From an uncultured archaeon (GTDB lineage: Archaea; Asgardarchaeota; Thorarchaeia; Thorarchaeales; Thorarchaeaceae), in contig CAYWJO010000052.1 in NCBI GenBank assembly GCA_964458565.1, positions 4,156 to 22,275 of the forward strand: 18,120 nucleotides of DNA, given 5' to 3'. Made by a program: the position numbers and the translations under genes. Below the pieces are notes generated by a model. The model saw only the letters and a list, made by a program, of their open reading frames with translations. It had not been told where the DNA came from and did not search any database. Position 1 is the first letter of the stretch. Each line of letters starts with the position of its first letter. This document shows, piece by piece, positions 7,707 to 16,749 of this stretch.

Positions 7707-9290
7707 TCAGAATCCCGCAGCTTGACCATCCTTTCTGTGGTCGGAACCACCGATCCAAACTCCCTTCTTTCTGAGAATGACTTGACCTCCTCCAAAACCT
7801 GACATTGTTTCATGGATGATCTGATGGCCACGTTTCCTTAATTCACCGTGAACGGTTGAAGGAATTCCATTTTCCAATGAAACTGTGTTCTTATTTTGAT
7901 CGTGGTGAAATCGGGGAAAGTCCATTGCGTGTTGAGGAGGCATTCCAAAATCAATCAGATTACTCACAAATTGAGCATGTGCCTGAGCTTGATGGGAGCC
8001 TCCCATAATGCCAAATGCTCCATAGAAATCATCGCCTTTCAGAATAGCAGGTATTATTGTATGGAATGGCCGCTTCTTTGGTGCATAGCAATTTGGATGC
8101 TCTGGGTCTAGTGAGAATAAGCTACCTCTATTTTGCAATTTGATTCCGGTACCAGGCACTACGAGACCACTACCAAAACCCAAGTAAAGTGAGTTGATAA
8201 ATGAAACAACCAAACCCGAACTATCTGCAGTAGTGAGGTAGATAGTATCTCCGCGAGGATTGATTCCTGAATCAGGGGGATCCATCGTCTTTTCGGAATT
8301 GATTTCTCTGACCCGGATTTTCGCATATTTCTTTGAATGATAAATGTCTGAAGGAACGTTATAGAAATCAGGATCTGCATTATGGGCACCGAGGTCTGCA
8401 TATGCCAGTTTTTTGGCTTCAATCATGAAATGAAATCGATCTGCACTAAGTGCATCAAATTGTTGAATGTTCAATTCCTCCATTATATTCATCATTGCGA
8501 GAGCAGCAAATCCTTGACCATTTGGTGGATGTTCAAAAACATCTAGACCATTGTAAGTCGTACTAATCGGTTTAGTGATTTCGGTCTTGTGTGATTTCAG
8601 ATCGTCAAGAGTCAGAAAACCTCCATCCTGCTGAACTGTGTTAACGATTTTTTCAGCAATAGATCCTTCATAGAAAACCTTAGTTCCAGAATTAGCAACT
8701 TCCTGAAATGTAGCGGCTAAATCACTATTGCGTACGATATCTCCTCCTTTTGGGGCAATTCCATTCATTGTATATACACGAATTGCTTCTTGACTAGTCA
8801 GTACTGGAAGTAACATTTTCCACTGGGCTGCAATTATTGGTGACACAGGAAATCCACACTGAGCATAACCAATAGCAGGTGCAAGAACGTCACCCAACTT
8901 CAGATTACCATACTCCTTTACCATAAAATCCCAGAGATGCAATGCGCCAGGCACAGTGACCGTAGGTCCACCTCTAAGTGGCATTTCATTCCAACCCTTG
9001 TCAAGTAAATCATCAAGTGAAGCAAGATATCCAGATTTACCCGATCCGTTGAAACTAAGTGGGACCTTCATATTGGGTGAGAATAACAATGCAAAAGCAT
9101 CCCCACCACAACCAGTACTGAAAGGTTCAGTGACATCGAGAACTGCAGCAGCGGCGATTGCGGCATCAACAGCATTCCCCCCACTTTGTAGAATGTGTAT
9201 ACCTACTTGTGTAGCTAGAGGTTGAGAAGTTGCTACCATCCCATTCTCGGCTATAACTTCAGATCGCCCGTAAGGACGTAACCAGTACAT
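7707..9290 (-). CDS. ggt: gamma-glutamyltransferase family Ntn-hydrolase (YwrD/HpxW-like clade)
   Basis: GMVATSQPLA, GGNAVDAAIA, GGDAF, VTVPG, PPNGQG, autoprocessing site GD|TIYL, GFGSG, LQNRG, KRPFHTIIP, GIMGG and DHRKDG. Start moved to ATG 9290 to avoid overlap with the upstream gene. Confidence 0.92.
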   Translation of the reverse strand: MYWLRPYGRSEVIAENGMVATSQPLATQVGIHILQSGGNAVDAAIAAAAVLDVTEPFSTGCGGDAFALLFSPNMKVPLSFNGSGKSGYLASLDDLLDKGWNEMPLRGGPTVTVPGALHLWDFMVKEYGNLKLGDVLAPAIGYAQCGFPVSPIIAAQWKMLLPVLTSQEAIRVYTMNGIAPKGGDIVRNSDLAATFQEVANSGTKVFYEGSIAEKIVNTVQQDGGFLTLDDLKSHKTEITKPISTTYNGLDVFEHPPNGQGFAALAMMNIMEELNIQQFDALSADRFHFMIEAKKLAYADLGAHNADPDFYNVPSDIYHSKKYAKIRVREINSEKTMDPPDSGINPRGDTIYLTTADSSGLVVSFINSLYLGFGSGLVVPGTGIKLQNRGSLFSLDPEHPNCYAPKKRPFHTIIPAILKGDDFYGAFGIMGGSHQAQAHAQFVSNLIDFGMPPQHAMDFPRFHHDQNKNTVSLENGIPSTVHGELRKRGHQIIHETMSGFGGGQVILRKKGVWIGGSDHRKDGQAAGF

Positions 9291-9333
9291 CACTTTGTCC
9301 TCTACAAAATCTGACGCGTAGAGGGTATAAATA

Positions 9334-10512
9334 CTATGCATCCAGTCTATGTTTAAAATCTTCAATGTATTTCTCTATTGGCATATTCCATTCACATGTT
9401 TCCGGATCAAACAATCCAAAAATCTCCTGAACTTCTGCTACATAATGTAAGTCATGTGCAGTTTGGATAAAAGATTCCTTCAATAAATGACGGAAGCGAC
9501 TATAACCATGAAGAAAACCTATGAAATCCAGTGAACTCATCTTCATTCGAATTAAATGCTTCAGCTGAGTTTCAGCGTGAATCTCTTTAGGAAAGGGAAG
9601 GTTGACGAAGTAGGCTAGTACAGGATCATTTGGTTCGTATAGCTCGAAGGCGCAAAATATGTAGAGTGTATCTTCGAGCTCTCGAAATAGCCACCTATAT
9701 CCCTTGATAATTCCAAGGTCAAGAAGAGCTCTCATTCTTTTCCCAACTTGTTGCTCTGTAAGACCAATTAATTCTCCAATTTCCTTGTGAGTCAACTCAG
9801 CATTCTCTTTTGCATGAGATAGTATCTCGATATCTTTTCCATCACACGATTCATGTTCCGGATTCAAATCGAAATCAAGAATGATTTTCTCTTGTGATTC
9901 CGCCTGCTCTTTAGAAATTATCAACCACTCCTCCCAATCCCATTTCCAATCATTTCCACCGTCTAGCTGGGATAGGTTTGCCTCAATTGAAACAATATCG
10001 ATATTATTCAACACATAATAATCTTCAACTAATCCAGATTCAATAAAGGTGGCAATCATCTTTTCTATATAACTGAAATCACCAAAAGGATAAGATGTGT
10101 AGACAAGATATCCACTGTATTTTCCGAACGTGGGGGAAACGAAATATATTGTTGGAAATGCAGAGAAAAGAGAATCTGGAATAGGTCTTTTCTTTGATCC
10201 TTGGTCCATGATTATGATTGCATCACCAAGTCCGAATTTTACTTCATGCGTCTGCATAAACAATGTCCCAAGCAATCCACTTTTTCGAAGCTTTGCTAGT
10301 CTATAACGAATTGTTCTAGCAGGCATGTCATTTAGAATTTCACTCAGACGTTCTGCTGAAATATTCCCACCAACTCTCTTGAGAATGTGAAGAAGGTGCA
10401 TTGTCTTTCTATCTAACTTGACCTGTTTCTCATCTTTCACCTTGATTCTAGTGGTGAAACTGCTTCTTCCTCCACGGAGAAATTCGCGACTTGATTTCTT
10501 GGCTTTTACCAT
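9334..10512 (-). CDS. tandem (two-HTH) Lrp/AsnC-type winged-helix transcriptional regulator
   Basis: HTH1 ISAERLSEIL..PARTIRYRLAKLRKSGLL and HTH2 LTHKEIGELIGLTEQQVGKRMRALLDLGIIKGY. Each half ends in a Trp motif (DWKWDW, EWNMP). SD GAGGA lies 7 nt before ATG 10512. Confidence 0.8.
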   Translation of the reverse strand: MVKAKKSSREFLRGGRSSFTTRIKVKDEKQVKLDRKTMHLLHILKRVGGNISAERLSEILNDMPARTIRYRLAKLRKSGLLGTLFMQTHEVKFGLGDAIIIMDQGSKKRPIPDSLFSAFPTIYFVSPTFGKYSGYLVYTSYPFGDFSYIEKMIATFIESGLVEDYYVLNNIDIVSIEANLSQLDGGNDWKWDWEEWLIISKEQAESQEKIILDFDLNPEHESCDGKDIEILSHAKENAELTHKEIGELIGLTEQQVGKRMRALLDLGIIKGYRWLFRELEDTLYIFCAFELYEPNDPVLAYFVNLPFPKEIHAETQLKHLIRMKMSSLDFIGFLHGYSRFRHLLKESFIQTAHDLHYVAEVQEIFGLFDPETCEWNMPIEKYIEDFKHRLDA

Positions 10513-10566
10513 TCGCATATCCTCTTGCAATCATTTTAGCAAGAAATGTATCTAATCACACATTGA

Positions 10567-10673
10567 TTGCTTATGGCAAAAATAATATATATGCATTGCC
10601 GAGAACGTATTGGCAATATATGGCTCGGTTTTGCCGATATGGACGGGTATTTCATCTTACGATGAACGTAAGA
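10567..10673. promoter_or_regulatory. divergent promoter with alternating GGCAA/TTGCC half-sites and a 7-bp inverted repeat
   Basis: GGCAA 10575, TTGCC 10596, GGCAA 10612 and TTGCC 10631 around a TA-rich box at 10583-10592; TCTTACG-N5-CGTAAGA at 10655-10673. Confidence 0.55.
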
Positions 10674-10700
10674 GCGACATAGTGAGGAGATGAAGGAAGG

Positions 10701-10982
10701 ATGCGACCAGGAATACCGAAGAGTGCACTTATTCTTCTAGCACACCTTGATGAGAAAGAGCCAATGGCGCCACGCCAAATGTCAAGAAAGTTTAACATAC
10801 CCCTACGGACTGTAAGCTTTGCTCTCAAACGACTAAGGGAGTATGAACTCATTGTCCGTGTTCCCAATCTGATAGACATGCGACAACCACTGTACCAGAT
10901 AAACAGCGAGGAAGTAAGACAACTAAGGAAGACACTTGAGGAAATAAAGGTCAAAGCAGCAATGCATATCCGTGCGATATAG
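10701..10982 (+). CDS. small archaeal MarR-like winged-helix DNA-binding protein
   Basis: PKSALILL...P.RTVSFALKRL...DMRQPLY matches the archaeal PxSAKLV..RTVRYAL..DARQxxY pattern. Confidence 0.82.
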   Translation: MRPGIPKSALILLAHLDEKEPMAPRQMSRKFNIPLRTVSFALKRLREYELIVRVPNLIDMRQPLYQINSEEVRQLRKTLEEIKVKAAMHIRAI

Positions 10983-12350
10983 TCATTGCTCTAGAGGATA
11001 TCCTCGATCTTCCCAAGTCTTGAGTCCTTCAAGAGGAACTAGAACATTCTTGAAACCATTGCGAAGCATGATACTTGCACCTGTTGTACTACGAACACCA
11101 ACAGGACACATAGTAACTATTGGTTTGCCATCCTGAAAATTCTGCTCAGAAATTTCGGTTAGCGGGAAGGATTCTGACTTTGGAATTCTCTTCTTATCAA
11201 ACTCATGAGGTTGCCTTACATCAACCAGTCGTACAGTGTCATTCTCTAATCCATCTTTTAGTTCCACAAGAGAATATTGTTTCATGGAACGGGTATTTCT
11301 GTTAGTCTTAACCCAGCTGTCTATACCAGAGCCTAGATATCCGATGATATTATCCAAACCTAAACGAAGGAATATCGCTCGAGCGCGAGATATGTCAGAG
11401 TTATCATGTAGGATAAAGAGGAAATGACTTTCAGGTTTCAGGACCCACCCAGCAAAAAGTCCCATGTGATCAAGATCCATGCTTATCGAATCAGGGATGT
11501 AAAATTGTCTAAATACGTACGCAGGTCGAGTATCAATAACAATACGATTTGGTAGTCTCATCAATTCTTCAAAGGACGCAACATCAAGAAGTTTTGGTGA
11601 AGGCAGTTCAGATATAAGAGGAGGTCCGGTAGTATTTAACCGCTCACAATTCTTGAAGTAGGTTGCTCGCGTTAGGTTCTGTCTTAATTTACCTTCTACA
11701 AATTCTTCCTCATCCAGATTCAGCCAAGGGTTGTGCTTCATCTCGTATTCTATAGTTGAAAATTCTCGCTCACCAATGGCACCACCACACACTGAACCAG
11801 CTCCGTGTCCAGGATGTATGATAACGCCATCCCCAAGAGGCACCAACTTTTCATGTAGACTCTCGAATAGCGTTCTTGCCATTTTCTCTGTCCTATCTGG
11901 TGCTACAAGATCTATCCGGCCAACTTCATTCACAAAGAGAGTATCACCAGTGAAAGCAACTAAGGGGTCAGTACTGACCGATGTATCAGATATCGCATAT
12001 ATAATAGAATCATCAGTATGACCAGGAGTCTGTATGCAGCGGATTCTCATATCACCAATCTGCAATACTTCTTCATCTGCAATGTTGTCATCGCCATACC
12101 CAAACTTTGTTGCGTTGCTATGACCTATCCTAGAGGTGGGAATATAGGATTGAAGCTCAAGTGAACCTATGATAAAATCCTCATTTCTATGAGTTTCAAG
12201 AATATAACGAATTTCACTATCATGTTTCTGAGCAAGGCTCAGATAGACTTCAACATCACGGCGAGGATCGACTACGAAGGCTTTATTCTTTGACGTAACA
12301 AAATATGAGAGAGCAGCAATTCCTTCAGACCGAACCTTCTCTATCTTCAT
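10983..12350 (-). CDS. MBL-fold hydrolase-rhodanese fusion (CstB/persulfide dioxygenase-like architecture)
   Basis: VVDPRRD, ETHRNEDF, TPGHT, FTGDTLFV, GRIDL and PGHGAGSVCG, then two rhodanese domains (IDTR; LVDVRQPHEF...CPVGVRS). Confidence 0.88.
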   Translation of the reverse strand: MKIEKVRSEGIAALSYFVTSKNKAFVVDPRRDVEVYLSLAQKHDSEIRYILETHRNEDFIIGSLELQSYIPTSRIGHSNATKFGYGDDNIADEEVLQIGDMRIRCIQTPGHTDDSIIYAISDTSVSTDPLVAFTGDTLFVNEVGRIDLVAPDRTEKMARTLFESLHEKLVPLGDGVIIHPGHGAGSVCGGAIGEREFSTIEYEMKHNPWLNLDEEEFVEGKLRQNLTRATYFKNCERLNTTGPPLISELPSPKLLDVASFEELMRLPNRIVIDTRPAYVFRQFYIPDSISMDLDHMGLFAGWVLKPESHFLFILHDNSDISRARAIFLRLGLDNIIGYLGSGIDSWVKTNRNTRSMKQYSLVELKDGLENDTVRLVDVRQPHEFDKKRIPKSESFPLTEISEQNFQDGKPIVTMCPVGVRSTTGASIMLRNGFKNVLVPLEGLKTWEDRGYPLEQ

Positions 12351-12418
12351 TGGTTGAACACCGATTGTAAACTAGAGATATGGAATATATAACAACTCAG
12401 ATGTAGTGGTCTACTTTG

Positions 12419-12949
12419 TTATACTCCAAGAATTCTGACATCGTAGAGTTCCACCACTTCGAATCCAAACATTCCTCTAACCCAGTTCCCAGGGAAGCTC
12501 ATGAGTTTCGTATTGTATGCTTGGACAGCATCATTATAATCCAGTCTTGCATTCGTGATTCTGTTCTCAGTTCCAGCAACTTCTACGAGCCAATCCTCAA
12601 AAAGTGTAACAGACTGTAAATCTGGATTGTCCTCGAGTGTGATTACAACGAGATTCAATTCCTGTGTCACAAGATCAGAAATATTATCTCGTTGGAATAG
12701 ACTATCATTGGCATATCGTTCAAGAGTTTTTCCCTCAAGATCCATTGTTGTAACTATGAACAACTCAACAGTGGTATTTTCTTCAATCCAAGTCAATAAC
12801 CCTTCAAGATGATTTTGCTCATAATCATCATATACAAGATAAGCCCAATCGTTAAGATATCCTGTTGCAGTTGGAATAGCATTGGTATTGGAAATACTAA
12901 ATATACTCAGAATGATTAATCAAAATATTAAGCCTATTTTTCTGGACAT
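12419..12949 (-). pseudogene. signal peptide + N-half TPM domain + C-half LemA chimera, interrupted by TGA at codon 10
   Basis: The frame of ORF 12419..12796 extends upstream to ATG 12949: MSRKIGLIF*LIILSIFSISNTNAIPTATGYLNDWAYLV...LEGLLTWIEENTTVELFIVTTMDLEGKTLERYANDSLF (TPM-like), then EDNPDLQS...TENRITNARLDYNDAVQAYN...FPGNWVRGMFGF (LemA). Confidence 0.75.
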
Positions 12950-13056
12950 TCCGAGTGACATTACACATTTCTAATTAAAAAGTATAATTATTGTTTTCGT
13001 GCAAGTATGAAGGGCAAACAATAAAGCGGTGAAATCCTACGTTATAGGTGATAGAC

Positions 13057-13533
13057 ATGGCGTCCTTTAGAGGAAAGAGGATAGACACAGGACAAGGAAT
13101 CGTAGTGGAAGCAACGGTAGATCACCTAAGACATGCTGCGAAAGAGGTTCTTTGGGAATACAAGGAGATTGAAGAGACTCCTCCAGATATTGAAAGGTCA
13201 TCGGATGGTGTATTGAAAGTTGGCGAGGCGTTGATCTTCAGAGAGGATATTGAAACATGTCCTGCTGAAATTGTTGCAGTTAAATTAGGTATGAATAAAT
13301 TATGGTATATTCTTAGTTCCCATAATTGCCCTCCTGAGAAGTGTGCAACTGCACGGGAAGCAATGAAGTGTGCTCAATCAGAAGAGAAGCGACTCAAGAA
13401 ATTCAGACAGGTGATTGAAGGTACAAAAGGTACTAGAATCCAAGAAATTGAAAAATGGGGACCTGACAAACTTTCAGATGCCCAAGATATATTGGAAATT
13501 ATCTCTGATGCATCTCGTAGATATTCTCACTGA
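13057..13533 (+). CDS. hypothetical protein (4 Cys, includes CPPEKC)
   Basis: 158-aa ORF with SD AGGTGAT at 13046-13052 before ATG 13057; protein-like composition; no family recognised. Confidence 0.75.
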   Translation: MASFRGKRIDTGQGIVVEATVDHLRHAAKEVLWEYKEIEETPPDIERSSDGVLKVGEALIFREDIETCPAEIVAVKLGMNKLWYILSSHNCPPEKCATAREAMKCAQSEEKRLKKFRQVIEGTKGTRIQEIEKWGPDKLSDAQDILEIISDASRRYSH

Positions 13534-14636
13534 GTAATCCAGAAACTCAGTAATCGAATTGCTCTGATTATAGCAGATGAATGGGCATAGACCTCAAGCA
13601 TCTCAGATTCAACAGTTAAAGCATCCACCTCATCAGTTAAGAGAATATCAATCACCTGCTGTTTCAAATGGATGTCAGCGTTATTTAACCAAGATAACGA
13701 TCGTAATGCAATTCGGGAATAAATCATTAGCATTAAGATGTGTACGATTTGTGATTGCAATTTACTTGATGCAGATATTCCCACATGATCTACTACAGTT
13801 CTTTCAATATTAGAAATCAGGGATTTCGATTCAGAAGCATTCCATTGTAGTTCAGGATTCATCAGATTTGTTTCCAAAGTATTATGAATTAAAGAAATTT
13901 GATCCCTTAGTTGTAGTAAACTGGAATCAAGTCTACTGCTACCAGTTGATTGAATGATATTAGCAGTTTGCTTCAAGTTTATTGGAATATTGGATTCTAA
14001 AACCGCATGAGTATCTGCTTTAATTGGTTTAACTAAGCCTGATAATATCGAGTATGTGTCAGAACCGCAGCAATTGCAAACAACAGACCCTTGAAGTATG
14101 CACTCAAATTTCGAAAAGAGGTCTCTAACCTGTGCTTCATTTTCAACACGTCGCATATTTACTCTCCCATCATTCAGAAAAGTAATACTCATTTCACCAT
14201 AATCCGCTCGAGCGTATCCAAGCTCTTTACTACATCTAATCGAATCAAACATTGAAGAGAGTAAGTCCAACTGCTTACACAATAATTCTGGACTAAATAC
14301 CATGAATTCGATCATTTCACCAGGTTTTACTCCATTTGAGATTCTCAATTCAGCCATAACTTTCTCGTCAGTATCTTTGCAAGGGCGTGTAAACAGAACA
14401 CCATTTTCTGGATGCTCAGGTGCAGGACGTTGTGGACTCTTAATTCCCTCTTCACGTAATTTTATGAGACTATCTCGATGAGTCGAATAGGTCGATAGTG
14501 AAAACAGAGGACATGAGTCAATTTCGATTAGATCATTAAGGTATGCGCGGACGAAACCACTACAGATACCTCTCCCGCATAAACCACAATCTAATCCTGG
14601 TGCATTTTTCCAAGCTTTAGTCCAACGACTACTCAC
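13527..14636 (-). CDS. (Fe-S)-binding protein with N-terminal PF04060-type 4Fe-4S motif
   Basis: APGLDCGLCGRGIC-x16-CP equals CX2CX4CX16C. Further Cys motifs RPC, RCSK and CNCCG. GTG start. Confidence 0.8.
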   Translation of the reverse strand: MSSRWTKAWKNAPGLDCGLCGRGICSGFVRAYLNDLIEIDSCPLFSLSTYSTHRDSLIKLREEGIKSPQRPAPEHPENGVLFTRPCKDTDEKVMAELRISNGVKPGEMIEFMVFSPELLCKQLDLLSSMFDSIRCSKELGYARADYGEMSITFLNDGRVNMRRVENEAQVRDLFSKFECILQGSVVCNCCGSDTYSILSGLVKPIKADTHAVLESNIPINLKQTANIIQSTGSSRLDSSLLQLRDQISLIHNTLETNLMNPELQWNASESKSLISNIERTVVDHVGISASSKLQSQIVHILMLMIYSRIALRSLSWLNNADIHLKQQVIDILLTDEVDALTVESEMLEVYAHSSAIIRAIRLLSFWITQ

Positions 14637-14743
14637 ACCAAAAGCCTCAGAATTTCTGACTGAAATCTTTGTTTAAAGCTTACCTTATCACCATTCGCCA
14701 GTTTTATATCTCAAATAGATTTGGAAAACTAAGAGTTGAGAAG

Positions 14744-15352
14744 ATGGAAAAAGCTAAATCAGCATTGAAATGGGACCAGAGATCTGATATGGTAAAAACA
14801 GGGTTCATACTTCTCCTAGTAATTGGAGGTACTTTTGGGGGATATACGCTCTTCATGTTTGCTATGGGCACTACAACCCCATTAGTAGTTGTTACAAGTG
14901 AATCCATGGTTCCAACATTGCAGGTAGGAGACTTACTTGTCCTCAGAGGAGTACCAGAAGAGCAAATACAGGTCGGGAATATCATTGTCTTCAAAGATAC
15001 AGAAACCTTCCTCGACACAGACAATCCCATAGTTCACAGAATTATAGATATTGAGGAAATTGATGGTGAGCTTAGGTTTTATACGAAAGGCGATGCAAAT
15101 GCCCCAGCAGATCACGGCTATCGCCGTTACGACGAAATCATTGGAGTCATGGTAACAAAAATACCGTATATCGGGTCAGTAAGTATGTTTCTAAAAACTG
15201 AGGTTGGAATTAGTCTAATTGTGGTGATATTCATACTCATTCTCGTAGTGCCAGAATTTGCATGTAAAGATGAGGAGGATAAATCATCAGAGGCTAATAC
15301 TAGCACTTTAGAATCTGATGAGAAGGATATATCCATATTTTTTATTAAATGA
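14744..15352 (+). CDS. sec11: signal peptidase I, archaeal/ER Sec11 type (S26B)
   Basis: N-terminal TM, VVTSESMVPTLQVGDLL (catalytic Ser), PIVHRI (His), TKGDAN...D and a C-terminal TM. TTTTATAT near 14702 supports ATG 14744. Confidence 0.92.
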   Translation: MEKAKSALKWDQRSDMVKTGFILLLVIGGTFGGYTLFMFAMGTTTPLVVVTSESMVPTLQVGDLLVLRGVPEEQIQVGNIIVFKDTETFLDTDNPIVHRIIDIEEIDGELRFYTKGDANAPADHGYRRYDEIIGVMVTKIPYIGSVSMFLKTEVGISLIVVIFILILVVPEFACKDEEDKSSEANTSTLESDEKDISIFFIK

Positions 15353-15480
15353 AAGGTGATAAGTATAAACTCACAGCTTCTATTTATATGTTTGTCTTCA
15401 AACGGATGAATAAAATCAAAGGATGGATTTTCAGAATGAGCTACTTTTTCTAGAAAGTCATTTCAATTTAACATTTGCAA

Positions 15481-15951
15481 TCACTTTTTGGATAGTCTTG
15501 AAAGTAGTATTACAGCGACTCCCATTACCACAACTCCAATTCCTGGGATGAGAATTCCTGTTTTTGGTGATGGGTGAGTGACAAGAAGGTCTACACCTAT
15601 CGATTCATTGTAGTAAGGTGTACAGAGGACAGCATAGAACCCTGTCCCTGGGAGCTCGACCACAGTTTCAAAAAATCCATCAATCTTCTCAAATATGACA
15701 AGTATATCTACCTCTTCAAGACTTGCATTCTCAAGGATGTATTGGAAGTTCGACCAGGTGAGTATGTACATTGAGAATGATCGATTATGGTAATCTTCAG
15801 CCGTGATCATTACATTTCCATATGATTTGAATATCATACCTTCGTACTCCCCATATCTTGCATGGGCAGTCATACCTCTTCCACCTGTAGGGGTGAAAGA
15901 TGTTGCTATCAAGACCATACCGATCAGGACCACTATTCCTCCAGCTCTCAT
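15481..15951 (-). CDS. hypothetical membrane protein (N-terminal signal/TM, beta-rich domain, C-terminal TM)
   Basis: Two hydrophobic ends around a beta-rich domain with PGTGFYAVL; basic tail RLSKK; starts 3 nt after the permease stop. Confidence 0.75.
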   Translation of the reverse strand: MRAGGIVVLIGMVLIATSFTPTGGRGMTAHARYGEYEGMIFKSYGNVMITAEDYHNRSFSMYILTWSNFQYILENASLEEVDILVIFEKIDGFFETVVELPGTGFYAVLCTPYYNESIGVDLLVTHPSPKTGILIPGIGVVVMGVAVILLSRLSKK

Positions 15952-15954
15952 CCC

Positions 15955-16749
15955 TCAGACCTCCATCCCCTGGAATATGAGATGACATGCAGAGTATGCA
16001 AGAGCTATCAAGACAATTGTTCCAATGATGGGGAGAATAAACTGATTCGCTGACACATATGAAGTCCCATAATATATGGACGCCCAGATCATCACCACTG
16101 GATAGAACACTCCCCTGACCTGAATCGAGAGATTATAGTTGGTAGACATCATAGTGAGAAGATACCACATTCCCAACCCAAAAAGCAGCGATGTTTCAGT
16201 ACGTTTTGATAGCATTGAAACTAGGAAACACGTGGATGTTATCAACATACAGTTGAGTAGGAGAACAAGACTCCAAAACAACAGGGTGGGATATTGCTGA
16301 AAGTTGGGTATACCAAGCACGATTTGTATGATCCAACCACCCATAGATATTCCCCAGAGAAGCAGATTGACTAAGAGAAACTTGACGAAAAGGATCGTAC
16401 TTCTACTCACTGGAAAGGAGAGATAGGTCCTGAGTGTTCCATCCTCAATAGGTCTGGTGAGGGAGAGGGTACTCAGCAAAGGTGCAATTAAGCTGAGTAC
16501 ATATGGTAAAGATATCAATGGACCTGCCGCTGCTTGTGTATTGTCCTTACGGATGGCTTCAAGAATATTGGCTTCTATCCCTGTCCCGTTGTATACACTC
16601 CTTGGGACTATAAACACACTCTCCATAAAACCCCCCAGGAGTGTGCCAACACAAAAGAAAACTAGTAAGCAGACAATCCCCTCTAGGATTGGAAAGTATG
16701 CCATATTCTCAAACTCTATCGCAATGATAGCACGCAGATTCTTCCTCAT
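15955..16749 (-). CDS. ABC-2 type transporter permease
   Basis: About 6 hydrophobic segments and the motif IEDGTLRTYLSFPVSRSTILFVKFL. Start overlaps the ATPase stop (TAATG). Confidence 0.87.
   Translation of the reverse strand: MRKNLRAIIAIEFENMAYFPILEGIVCLLVFFCVGTLLGGFMESVFIVPRSVYNGTGIEANILEAIRKDNTQAAAGPLISLPYVLSLIAPLLSTLSLTRPIEDGTLRTYLSFPVSRSTILFVKFLLVNLLLWGISMGGWIIQIVLGIPNFQQYPTLLFWSLVLLLNCMLITSTCFLVSMLSKRTETSLLFGLGMWYLLTMMSTNYNLSIQVRGVFYPVVMIWASIYYGTSYVSANQFILPIIGTIVLIALAYSACHLIFQGMEV

Noticed and set aside
12920-12922. In-frame TGA as selenocysteine or recoding
   Set aside because: It lies in a signal-peptide hydrophobic core, not at a Cys-equivalent site. No convincing SECIS is seen, and TGA is a normal stop in many genes here.
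15949-15957. TGA-GGG-ATG read-through fusing the permease to the accessory protein
   Set aside because: The permease has a normal C-terminus, and GGAGG upstream provides an SD for the next gene.
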